64,000 nucleotides of DNA from the NCBI GenBank assembly GCA_017532825.1, contig JAFXIT010000024.1, forward strand, positions 31,846-95,845. The letters are read 5' to 3'. This DNA comes from Clostridia bacterium. GTDB taxonomy: Bacteria > Bacillota > Clostridia > Oscillospirales > QAMX01. Shown here piece by piece: positions 18,051 through 27,265 of the stretch. Position 1 is the stretch's first letter. Each line of letters starts with the position of its first letter. The position numbers and the translations under genes are program-made. Below the pieces are notes generated by a model. It saw only the letters and a program-made list of their open reading frames with translations, was not told the DNA's origin and did not search any database.

Positions 18051-19226
18051 TTAGTTTTCTTTGTATACTTTGATTATGATATCTGCCGCACGGTCGATCT
18101 GTTCGAGAGTGTGGGTGGCGGTATAGCTTGTTCTGAGCAGACACTCGCCCGGGTTGACGGCGGGCGGCAGAACGGGGTTGACGTATACCCCCTCGGCAAG
18201 AAGCTTTGCGGTGATGGTAAGCGTCCTTACCATATCGTAGGTCATAATGGGTACGATGGCGGTACTGCTTTTTCCGTAGGGTATACCGGCCTGCCCGAGG
18301 CGGTATCTCATGCGCTCGGCCACCTTAAGGAGATTTTCTCTCCTTTCGGGCTCGGCGCGGATTATCCGCAGCGCGGCAAGCGCCGAGGCGGCGTTTGCGG
18401 GAGGAATGCTTGCGCTGAAGATAAAGGGGCGGGACTTGTGGCGGACGTAGTTTATTATCCTTTCGTTTGCCGCAATACATCCTCCGAGGGAGGCAAGCGA
18501 CTTTGAGAAGGTGGTCATTATCACGTCGACCTCGTCCTCAAGACCGTAATAGCTCGCCGTACCGCTTCCATCCTTGCCTATCATGCCCACGCCGTGGGCG
18601 TCGTCTACCATAACGCCCGCGCCGTACTTTTTGGCAAGACGGCATATTTCGGGAAGGTTTGCGATGTCTCCGCCCATGGAAAACACGCCGTCGGTAACGA
18701 TAAGCTTGCCCGACTCCTCAGGAACGTAGGAAAGGGCGCGTTCAAGGTCCTCCATATCGCTGTGGTTGTATTTAAGAGTACGCTTTGCATAGCTCAAACG
18801 GCAACCATCAACAATGGAGGCATGGTTTTCACGGTCTGATATTATGTAGTCATGCATTCCTGCCAGACAGGAAATAACGCCAAGGTTGCTTTGAAAGCCG
18901 GTAGACCATGTCACCGCACCGTCTTTTTTAAAAAAGTCGGCAAGCTCGTTTTCAAGGGCAACGTGGAGGTCAAGTGTACCGTTTAAAAAACGAGATCCGG
19001 AACAGCCGGTACCGTATTTCTCAAGCGCCTCCTTTGCTGCGGCGATGGTACGAGGATCAGATGTTAGTCCCATGTAGTTGTTCGAACCGATCATAATCGT
19101 ACTTCGTCCGTCAATGACGACTTCGGTATCCTGACCGCTCTCAAGTGCATGGAAATAGGGATATATCCCCATCTCTTTTACTTTTTGGGGTTCATTAAAC
19201 TCATTGCACTTATCAAAAATCGACAT
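18051..19226 (-). CDS. PLP-dependent alpha-oxoamine synthase, serine-palmitoyltransferase-like
   Basis: Start at ATG 19226 (MSIFDKCNEF) after AAAGGAGAGG. It has GSNNYMGLT, GTGCSGSRFLNGTLDLHVALENELADFF, DGVFSMGGD, DDAHGVG and TFSKSLASLGG (PLP Lys). Confidence 0.8.
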   Translation of the reverse strand: MSIFDKCNEFNEPQKVKEMGIYPYFHALESGQDTEVVIDGRSTIMIGSNNYMGLTSDPRTIAAAKEALEKYGTGCSGSRFLNGTLDLHVALENELADFFKKDGAVTWSTGFQSNLGVISCLAGMHDYIISDRENHASIVDGCRLSYAKRTLKYNHSDMEDLERALSYVPEESGKLIVTDGVFSMGGDIANLPEICRLAKKYGAGVMVDDAHGVGMIGKDGSGTASYYGLEDEVDVIMTTFSKSLASLGGCIAANERIINYVRHKSRPFIFSASIPPANAASALAALRIIRAEPERRENLLKVAERMRYRLGQAGIPYGKSSTAIVPIMTYDMVRTLTITAKLLAEGVYVNPVLPPAVNPGECLLRTSYTATHTLEQIDRAADIIIKVYKEN

Positions 19227-19263
19227 TTTCCCTCTCCTTTTTGCTATGTTTTTATCTTTCTGA

Positions 19264-19306
19264 AAATTATTATACCACAATAGTTTTCTTTGTGGTATAA
19301 TAATTT
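19264..19306. promoter_or_regulatory. Perfect 17-bp inverted repeat carrying two divergent extended -10 boxes, between the AOS and SDR genes
   Basis: AAATTATTATACCACAA (19264-19280), 9-nt spacer, TTGTGGTATAATAATTT (19290-19306). Each arm reads TGGTATAAT toward its own gene. Confidence 0.7.
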
Positions 19307-19333
19307 TAGAAAAAATTGTTGGGAGGTGTGACT

Positions 19334-20143
19334 GTGGAACAAAAGAAGGTATGTCTGGTAACCGGTGGTTCTTCGGGCATTGGGCTTGAAACGATGAAGG
19401 CGCTGAAGGCCTCAGGGTTTTGTGTATACGGCACATCAAGACGTATACCACCTGGCGAGGTCGTTCAACTGAACGGATTTGACTGCCTTTATCTTGACCT
19501 TGCCGATGCCGACTCTGCTAAATCGGCAATTGATACCGTCGTACAAAGAGATGGCAGAATTGACCTGCTGGTGAACAACGCCGGCTTCGGAGTTTCCGGT
19601 GCAGCGGAGGACATGCCGTTCGAAGATGCCATTTCGCAGATGGACGCCAACTTTTTCGGTGCTCTGCGAGTAATGCGAGCAGCCCTGCCGTATATGCGTG
19701 AGCAAGGTGGTGGACGTATAATTAACATTGGCTCACTTGCAGCAGAGTTTGCCGTCCCCTTTCAAAGCATCTATTCTGCGTCAAAGGCCGCACTGCGGTC
19801 GCTCACAAGCGCCATGAGAGCTGAATGTGCTCCCTTTGGAATAGAGCTCTCCGTGGTAGAGCCCGGCGATACCAAGACCGGCTTTACCGATTCAAGAAAA
19901 AAGCCTGACGTTTCCTACAGTCCCTACGCCAAGGGCTTTGAAAAGGGCATTTCAAAGATGGAGCGTGACGAACGCAACGGCGCACCGCCCAAAAGAGTTG
20001 CAGACGCAGTAGTCTGTATTGCTCTCTGTCGCAAGATGCCACCAATACGAACCGTTGGCTTAAAAAACAAGCTGCTTTGCTTTGCAAGGCGGTTGTTACC
20101 GACATCACTTGCCGACAGGATAGTACGGCAGATGTATTCGTAA
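19334..20143 (+). CDS. Classical short-chain dehydrogenase/reductase
   Basis: TGGSSGIG, NNAG and YSASK motifs. GTG 19334 lies 7 nt after GGAGG; the ORF-track TTG 19316 is possible. Confidence 0.8.
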   Translation: MEQKKVCLVTGGSSGIGLETMKALKASGFCVYGTSRRIPPGEVVQLNGFDCLYLDLADADSAKSAIDTVVQRDGRIDLLVNNAGFGVSGAAEDMPFEDAISQMDANFFGALRVMRAALPYMREQGGGRIINIGSLAAEFAVPFQSIYSASKAALRSLTSAMRAECAPFGIELSVVEPGDTKTGFTDSRKKPDVSYSPYAKGFEKGISKMERDERNGAPPKRVADAVVCIALCRKMPPIRTVGLKNKLLCFARRLLPTSLADRIVRQMYS

Positions 20144-20165
20144 TTATTTAGGAGGAGATACAAAT

Positions 20166-21557
20166 ATGAACAACAAAGCCGAGAGCTACGTTAACGATCC
20201 ACGCATACGCCAAGCAGCGGTGGACGGACTTATAAAGCTTATATCCTACCCGAGCGTCTCATCCTCTCCCGAGGGAAAGTATCCCTTCGGAAGACCGGTA
20301 GGCGAGCTGCTTGACCACGTCCTCTCCGAGGCCGAGAAAAAGGGCTTCGAGGCGGAAAACCACGATTACTACTGCGGAAGCCTGCTTCTCAAGGGAAAGG
20401 GCGATAAGGAGATAGGCATACTTTCCCACCTTGACGTCGTTCCTGCGGGAAACGGCTGGAGCTTTGAGCCCTTCAAGGGAATATTTGACGGCAACGTCAT
20501 AATCGGCAGAGGCGCCTGCGACAACAAGGATGCGGCGGTTGCGGCTATGCTTGCGATGAACTTTTTCAAGGAAAACAACATCGAGCTTCCCTTTACCGTA
20601 CGTCTGATACTCGGCTGCTCCGAGGAGACCGGCATGGGCGACCTTCCCCACTTCCTTGAAAGCCGCCCCGCTCCCGATTTTACCTTCACCCCAGACAGCA
20701 CCTACCCCGTCTGCGTAGGCGAAAAGGGCATTGCGGCCCTCGAGTTTACCATAGGAAAGACCGACGGCGGTCTTATCTCCGTCAACGGCGGTACCGTCAG
20801 CAACGCAGTTGCCGACCTTGCCGAGGCTGTCATAGCAAAGACCGACCTTCCCGAGCTTCCCGAGGGCATCGAGGCCGTTACCGAGGGTGACACCCTCCGC
20901 ATCGTCGCCCACGGCACCTCGGCCCACGCCTCCCGTCCCGAGGGCTCGGTAAACGCCATAACCAAGCTTGCCGCCTTTATCGTTGAAAACGGACTTATCG
21001 ACAAGGCTTCCTCCTCCTTTAAGGCTTTGGAGGCTCTGCTTGAGCTTTTCAAGGACAACTACGGAAGCGGTCTGGGCATTGCCGCAGACAGCGAGGTATT
21101 CGGCAGGCTGACCTGCGTGGGCGGTGTTATCCGCACCGAGGAGGACGGCAGTATCGTCCAAAACTGCAACATCCGTTACCCCGCCGAAATGAAATTCCCT
21201 GCCATACTTGACGCCATAAACGACAGTCTCCGTCCCTACGGCTCGGAGGCGATGGTCATCGAGCAGTCGGAGGGCTACTACTCCTCCCCCGACAAGCCCC
21301 AGGTCAGGGCTCTGACCGACGCCTGCTCGGCGGTGCTCGACATCGACACAACCCCCTACGTCATGGGCGGCGGCACCTATTCAAGGCACTTCCCCAACGC
21401 CGTTACCTTCGGCATGGGCATACCCGGCCAGCCCGACTACTTCGGTCCGGGCAAGGGCACTCCCCATCAAAGAGACGAATACACACCTCTTGATAGCCTT
21501 ATGAAGTCGGTCAAAATATTTATTCTCGCACTTGACAACCTTGCAAAGCTCTACTAA
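20166..21557 (+). CDS. pepV: M20-family dipeptidase (PepV/Sapep-like)
   Basis: 463 aa with HLDVVPAG, RGACDNKD, GCSEETG and EKG motifs. Confidence 0.85.
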   Translation: MNNKAESYVNDPRIRQAAVDGLIKLISYPSVSSSPEGKYPFGRPVGELLDHVLSEAEKKGFEAENHDYYCGSLLLKGKGDKEIGILSHLDVVPAGNGWSFEPFKGIFDGNVIIGRGACDNKDAAVAAMLAMNFFKENNIELPFTVRLILGCSEETGMGDLPHFLESRPAPDFTFTPDSTYPVCVGEKGIAALEFTIGKTDGGLISVNGGTVSNAVADLAEAVIAKTDLPELPEGIEAVTEGDTLRIVAHGTSAHASRPEGSVNAITKLAAFIVENGLIDKASSSFKALEALLELFKDNYGSGLGIAADSEVFGRLTCVGGVIRTEEDGSIVQNCNIRYPAEMKFPAILDAINDSLRPYGSEAMVIEQSEGYYSSPDKPQVRALTDACSAVLDIDTTPYVMGGGTYSRHFPNAVTFGMGIPGQPDYFGPGKGTPHQRDEYTPLDSLMKSVKIFILALDNLAKLY

Positions 21558-21572
21558 GGGGAGGATTTAGGG

Positions 21573-22547
21573 ATGGAAAGAACGCCTATCAGCATCATAA
21601 TCGACGACCCCGCTCCGCTTATACACGTCTACCGTGAGCATGCAGGCGGAAACAAGTGCAACGCTCTGGGTGAGCCGCTTAAGGACCGTGTCCCGACGGA
21701 TTTTTTGGAGGAGTTTTGCGACACCGTCGAGCACTTCGGTATCTGCGGCAAGTTTACCATCGTACCCATGCCCGGATGTCTGGGAGACATCGTAAACGGC
21801 ATTGAGGGCTGTGATCAGACCGAGGTCGAGCGTTGGCTGAGGATCGCAAACGACCGCCTTTCGCCATACTTTGACTTCTGCCCCGAAATGCTGACCCATC
21901 ACTATGCGGTCGACCTTGAAAACGGCGGATTTTTGGAGGAAAACGAGGAGCTCTGGTCAAGGCACCAGACCCGTGCCACCCTTACCCCCTACATCACCCG
22001 TGCCCTTGAGCTGCTCAAGGCCGCAGGCATCCGTCCCACCGGTGTCTCCTCGCCCTGGGGCTTTGGCGCAAGGGTCGAGAAGGACTACTCCGCCGCCATC
22101 GCCGATGCCTTCAAGGCGGTATTTGACCTTGACAAGAGCTGGTATTTCTGCCGATTCAAAACGGGCGTGCCAAACACCCGTCCTACGGTCTCCCACAGAG
22201 AAAACGGACTGCAGACGGTCGCAATAGCCTGCACCTGCAACGACGTGTTCTGGCAGAGCATAGACTCCGAGCGCACCGACCCCGACTATCTAAACGCCAT
22301 CGCCGATCAGCTCATATCGGCCGACGGTCTTCGGGGACAGATAATCGACTGTCTTGAAAACGGCTCCTACCCGGTGATACTGACCCACTGGCAGTCGATG
22401 TTCTCAAACGGCCGCCGCACGGGGCTTGCAGCCCTCAGAGAGGTCGGCAGACGTGTCGACACCCTGCTTGGTGACAGGGTCCGCTGGACGAAGTTTTCCT
22501 CCCTTATGGATATGGCAATAGCCGAAGATAACTACCATCCCCTCTGA
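21573..22547 (+). CDS. Uncharacterised cytoplasmic protein, possibly a deacetylase/glycoside-hydrolase-like barrel
   Basis: 324 aa. ISIIIDDPAP near the N-terminus and SSPWGFG. It starts 15 nt after pepV with a GGGGAGG RBS. Family not recognised. Confidence 0.5.
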   Translation: MERTPISIIIDDPAPLIHVYREHAGGNKCNALGEPLKDRVPTDFLEEFCDTVEHFGICGKFTIVPMPGCLGDIVNGIEGCDQTEVERWLRIANDRLSPYFDFCPEMLTHHYAVDLENGGFLEENEELWSRHQTRATLTPYITRALELLKAAGIRPTGVSSPWGFGARVEKDYSAAIADAFKAVFDLDKSWYFCRFKTGVPNTRPTVSHRENGLQTVAIACTCNDVFWQSIDSERTDPDYLNAIADQLISADGLRGQIIDCLENGSYPVILTHWQSMFSNGRRTGLAALREVGRRVDTLLGDRVRWTKFSSLMDMAIAEDNYHPL

Positions 22548-22552
22548 TGCAT

Positions 22553-22592
22553 AAAAAATACCGCTTTACCGAGAGTAAAGCGGTATTTTAAT
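22553..22592. terminator. Bidirectional terminator (hypothetical 324-aa gene / fmdB-typA)
   Basis: AATACCGCTTTAC-CGAGA-GTAAAGCGGTATT, flanked by an A-run and a T-run. Confidence 0.8.
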
Positions 22593-22593
22593 T

Positions 22594-22824
22594 TTACTTT
22601 TTGTTATGGCAACAGCCGCCGCAGGCCGAAGCGTGGGGGCATCCGCCCTCTCCGCATCCTGCAGAGCCGCCCTTGACCGATACCGAGAAGCCTTGAAATA
22701 CACGGTCAAGCTCGTTTGCGCCGCAGCCGGGGCAGGACACGCTTTTGCTGTCCTTCTCGGCGATGGAGCAGTTTACCTCGAAGACCTCACCGCAGGAGTT
22801 GCACTTAAAGGTGTAAAAGGGCAT
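22594..22824 (-). CDS. FmdB-family zinc-ribbon protein with a Gly/Cys-rich tail
   Basis: MPFYTFKCNSCGEVFEV...CPGCG is the CxxC_CxxC_SSSS pattern. It starts 9 nt after typA. Confidence 0.8.
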   Translation of the reverse strand: MPFYTFKCNSCGEVFEVNCSIAEKDSKSVSCPGCGANELDRVFQGFSVSVKGGSAGCGEGGCPHASACGGCCHNKK

Positions 22825-22833
22825 ATGCTCTCC

Positions 22834-24681
<1,848 letters not shown>

Positions 24682-24750
24682 TCCTTACCGAATCTAACCT
24701 TTTTTACGGTGTTGGTGCCACTTTGCGCCTTTTACACCGTACATCAAAAT

Positions 24751-24779
24751 ATTATAGCATATTTTGCAGACTATTACAA
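24751..24779 (-). promoter_or_regulatory. Promoter of typA
   Basis: Minus strand: TTGTAA, 17-nt spacer, TATAAT preceded by TGC. Confidence 0.65.
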
Positions 24780-24822
24780 TAGCGGATAAAAGCAAAAAAA
24801 ATAAAAAATTTTAAAAAGATGC

Positions 24823-24851
24823 TTGACAGAACAAAATAAATCTGTTACAAT
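24823..24851 (+). promoter_or_regulatory. SigA-type promoter of the tRNA-Asp/tRNA-Thr unit
   Basis: TTGACA (24823-24828), 17-nt spacer, TACAAT (24846-24851). An A/T-rich UP-like tract lies upstream, and tRNA-Asp starts 19 nt downstream. Confidence 0.8.
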
Positions 24852-24869
24852 ATGAAAGCTGTCGACGAT

Positions 24870-24947
24870 GGCCCGGTAGTTCAGTTGGTTTAGAACGCTA
24901 GCCTGTCACGCTAGAGGTCGAGGGTTCGAGCCCCTTCCGGGTCGCCA
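24870..24947 (+). tRNA. tRNA-Asp (anticodon GTC), CCA encoded
   Basis: Hand-folded cloverleaf. Acceptor GGCCCGG/CCGGGTC, D stem GTTC/GAAC, anticodon stem CTAGC/GCTAG with loop CTGTCAC, T arm GAGGG-TTCGAGC-CCCTT. Confidence 0.93.
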
Positions 24948-24949
24948 GT

Positions 24950-25025
<76 letters not shown>

Positions 25026-25061
25026 AAAAAAAACTCTTGTTCGAAAGAACAAGAGTTTTTT
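25026..25061. terminator. Terminator after tRNA-Thr, bidirectional in form
   Basis: AAACTCTTGTTC-GAAA-GAACAAGAGTTT with 6 T downstream and 9 A upstream. Confidence 0.85.
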
Positions 25062-25235
25062 AGTTATATTCGCCTACGGCGAGTTATATTGCTTCGCAGT
25101 GATATTTAGGCTACGCCTAAGTGATATTGCCCGTTGGGCAGTTAAGAGGCGAATATAATATAACTTTTGCGACAGCAAAAATATCACTATGCCGCAAGGC
25201 ATAATATCACTCTGTGCGTAGCACAGAATATCACT
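25062..25235. repeat. Array of seven AGTKATATT 9-mers in two convergent blocks, each followed by a distinct short hairpin
   Basis: Plus-strand copies start at 25062, 25082, 25098 and 25120. Reverse-complement copies (AATATCACT) start at 25180, 25203 and 25227. Interleaved hairpins are CGCC-TAC-GGCG, TTAGGC-TAC-GCCTAA, GCCC-GTT-GGGC, TTTTGC-GACA-GCAAAA, ATGCC-GCAA-GGCAT and CTGTGC-GTA-GCACAG. Confidence 0.85.
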
Positions 25236-25241
25236 AGAACC

Positions 25242-25270
25242 TTGTCGCTTCACCGCTTTTATGCTATAAT
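25242..25270 (+). promoter_or_regulatory. Promoter of the PHP gene
   Basis: TTGTCG, 17-nt spacer, TATAAT preceded by TGC. Confidence 0.6.
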
Positions 25271-25290
25271 ACACCCAAGGCGGTGATATT

Positions 25291-26085
25291 ATGAAAATGA
25301 CGGTAGACAACGATCTGCACATCCACTCCACCCTTTCCTCCTGCTCGGGCGATCCCGAACAGACCCCCGAAAGGATACTTCGCTACGCCGAGGAAAACAG
25401 CATAAGGACGGTATGCATTACCGACCATTTCTGGGACGAGGCGGTCGAGGGTGCGTCGGGCTGGTACAAGCCCCAGAACTTTCCCCACATCTCCCACTCA
25501 AAGCCCCTTCCCAAGGCAGAGGGCATACGTTTTCTTTTCGGCTGTGAGACCGAGCTTGATAAATTTCTGACCCTTGGGCTCTCTCCCGAGAAGTACGGCG
25601 AATTTGACTTCATCGTCATACCGACGACCCACTTCCACATGAGGGGCTTTACCCTTTCCGACGGGGAATCGGCAGACACCTCCGCCAGGGCTCGTGCTTG
25701 GTTTAAGCGGCTCAACGCCCTGCTTGATATGGACCTTCCCTTTCACAAGATCGGTCTTGCCCACCTCACCTGTCAGCTGATAGCCCCGACCCACGAGGAA
25801 TATCTTGAGGTATTAAACAAGCTTCCAAAGGAGGAGCTTAGGGCTGTATTTACCAAGGCCGCAGGGCTTGGGGTCGGCATTGAGCTCAACCGTTCCGATT
25901 TCAGCTTTGCCGAGGGCGATGCCGAGGCAGTCACGAGGATATACAAGGTCGCAAGGGACTGCGGATGCAAATTCTATTTCGGAAGCGATGCACACCATCC
26001 CGCAGGACTCGACGGCGCTCCCGCCGTCTTTGAGAGGGCGGTCGAGCTGCTTGGGCTTACCGAGGACAATAAATTCCTGATATAA
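25291..26085 (+). CDS. PHP-family (polymerase/histidinol-phosphatase-like) metal-dependent phosphoesterase
   Basis: DLHIHSTLSSCSGD, ITDHFW, GCETE and GSDAHHP motifs. Confidence 0.75.
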   Translation: MKMTVDNDLHIHSTLSSCSGDPEQTPERILRYAEENSIRTVCITDHFWDEAVEGASGWYKPQNFPHISHSKPLPKAEGIRFLFGCETELDKFLTLGLSPEKYGEFDFIVIPTTHFHMRGFTLSDGESADTSARARAWFKRLNALLDMDLPFHKIGLAHLTCQLIAPTHEEYLEVLNKLPKEELRAVFTKAAGLGVGIELNRSDFSFAEGDAEAVTRIYKVARDCGCKFYFGSDAHHPAGLDGAPAVFERAVELLGLTEDNKFLI

Positions 26086-26090
26086 ATGAA

Positions 26091-26120
26091 AAAAGCAGGT
26101 CTTGCGACCTGCTTTTTGTT
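26091..26120. terminator. Bidirectional terminator (PHP / GNAT)
   Basis: AAAAGCAGGTC-TTGC-GACCTGCTTTT. Confidence 0.8.
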
Positions 26121-26128
26121 TTAGCTTA

Positions 26129-27265
26129 TTATACAGCTTCGGTGTTGAACCAGGTAAGGGGCAGAGGGAGAAGGGATTTTGCAAACACCCGTTTTTCGGC
26201 CGGGAGAGCGTATGTAAACTCCTCGAGCGTATAGCCGAAGAAGAGCCGCACGGCCTGAAGCGAGGTGACCTCAATGTCTGCCTTGGCCGTCGTCTCGGTA
26301 ACGCCGCCCTTTTCGATCTTGTAACGTCCCTCTCCCTTGATATCTACGACCAGCTCACCCTCGGGAACGGCGGCGTAGCTGTCCTTAAAGCGAACGAAGG
26401 CGTCAAGGACCTCCTTCCAGCGCATTACCAGCCAGAAGCCGTTATCACAGAGACTGTAATTACCGCCGTTGTCGCAAAACTCCCTCAGAGACGGAAGTTT
26501 CCACTCACCCAGGGAGCAGCTGGCGCTGCCGTTTTTGAGGGCGGCGGCAGACATAACGTCGGCAAAGTATTTATCGTCGGTCAGACAGAGTTCACGGAAT
26601 CTTCCGCCGGCAAGAGCGGCAAAGCCGATATACTCGCCGTCCTTGGAGACGGAGAAGGCGCGTGAAGATGCGTTTATCATACGCAGATAGAAATCCGCTT
26701 CATCGTAGAGGTAGTGTACCGCCTGCTTTTCATAAAGCTCCATCGACCTTTTCATCGTCTGGGCATCGTTCATATCAAACTCGGTAAAGCGGATGCTGTC
26801 GGCATTGAAGTCGGGACGGAAGCGGCGGACGTTGTTGGCGTTGATCTGGGCGTTGAGCTGACTGCCGGTCACCTCGTATCCGAAGTGGTTATATCTCTTG
26901 CGGTCGCCGCCGAGATTGGAAAGATGTACGCCCTTTTCGCGCATCTCCTCTATGGCCTTACCCAGTACCTTCTGCATAAAGCCTCTGCCCCGCTCGCGCG
27001 GATGGGTAGCTACGCTGCCGATGCCGGTAACGTCAAGGCTCTCTCCGCCGACCGAAACGGTACGGGGATAGGTAAGCACCGAGCACTTTATAACTCCGTC
27101 CTCCCAGAGATTGAGGAGATTGTTCATGCTTTCATCGGTGGTACGGTAGAGGTTGGGATACATTTCGGGGAAGTGGTGGGGTACACTGTTCTTGCTAAAT
27201 ACGAAGTCGATAAAGTCGATTATCTGCCAGTATTCGCTTAAGTTTCCTCTTCTGATCTCGGTCAT
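26129..27265 (-). CDS. Eis-like GNAT acetyltransferase with a C-terminal SCP2-like domain
   Basis: 378 aa. IGSVATHPRERGRGFMQKVL is the acetyl-CoA motif, and length and architecture are typical of Eis-family proteins. Confidence 0.7.
   Translation of the reverse strand: MTEIRRGNLSEYWQIIDFIDFVFSKNSVPHHFPEMYPNLYRTTDESMNNLLNLWEDGVIKCSVLTYPRTVSVGGESLDVTGIGSVATHPRERGRGFMQKVLGKAIEEMREKGVHLSNLGGDRKRYNHFGYEVTGSQLNAQINANNVRRFRPDFNADSIRFTEFDMNDAQTMKRSMELYEKQAVHYLYDEADFYLRMINASSRAFSVSKDGEYIGFAALAGGRFRELCLTDDKYFADVMSAAALKNGSASCSLGEWKLPSLREFCDNGGNYSLCDNGFWLVMRWKEVLDAFVRFKDSYAAVPEGELVVDIKGEGRYKIEKGGVTETTAKADIEVTSLQAVRLFFGYTLEEFTYALPAEKRVFAKSLLPLPLTWFNTEAV

Noticed and set aside
22594-22824. The Cys/Gly-rich tail of the FmdB-like protein as a RiPP precursor.
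   Set aside because: No modification enzyme, protease or transporter is adjacent. The gene follows typA by 9 nt, and as far as I recall such tails are common in clostridial FmdB-family zinc-ribbon proteins.
25062-25235. Possible CRISPR array or mobile-element att site next to a tRNA.
   Set aside because: The repeats are only 9 nt, with 7-15-nt palindromic spacers and mixed orientation, so this is not CRISPR-like. No cas, integrase or transposase gene is present and I saw no duplicated tRNA 3' end. It is kept as an unexplained repeat finding instead.
25074-25331. An 85-aa minus-strand ORF across the 9-mer/hairpin array.
   Set aside because: Its internal peptide repetition only mirrors the DNA repeats. 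It has no RBS and it runs through the PHP promoter and start codon.
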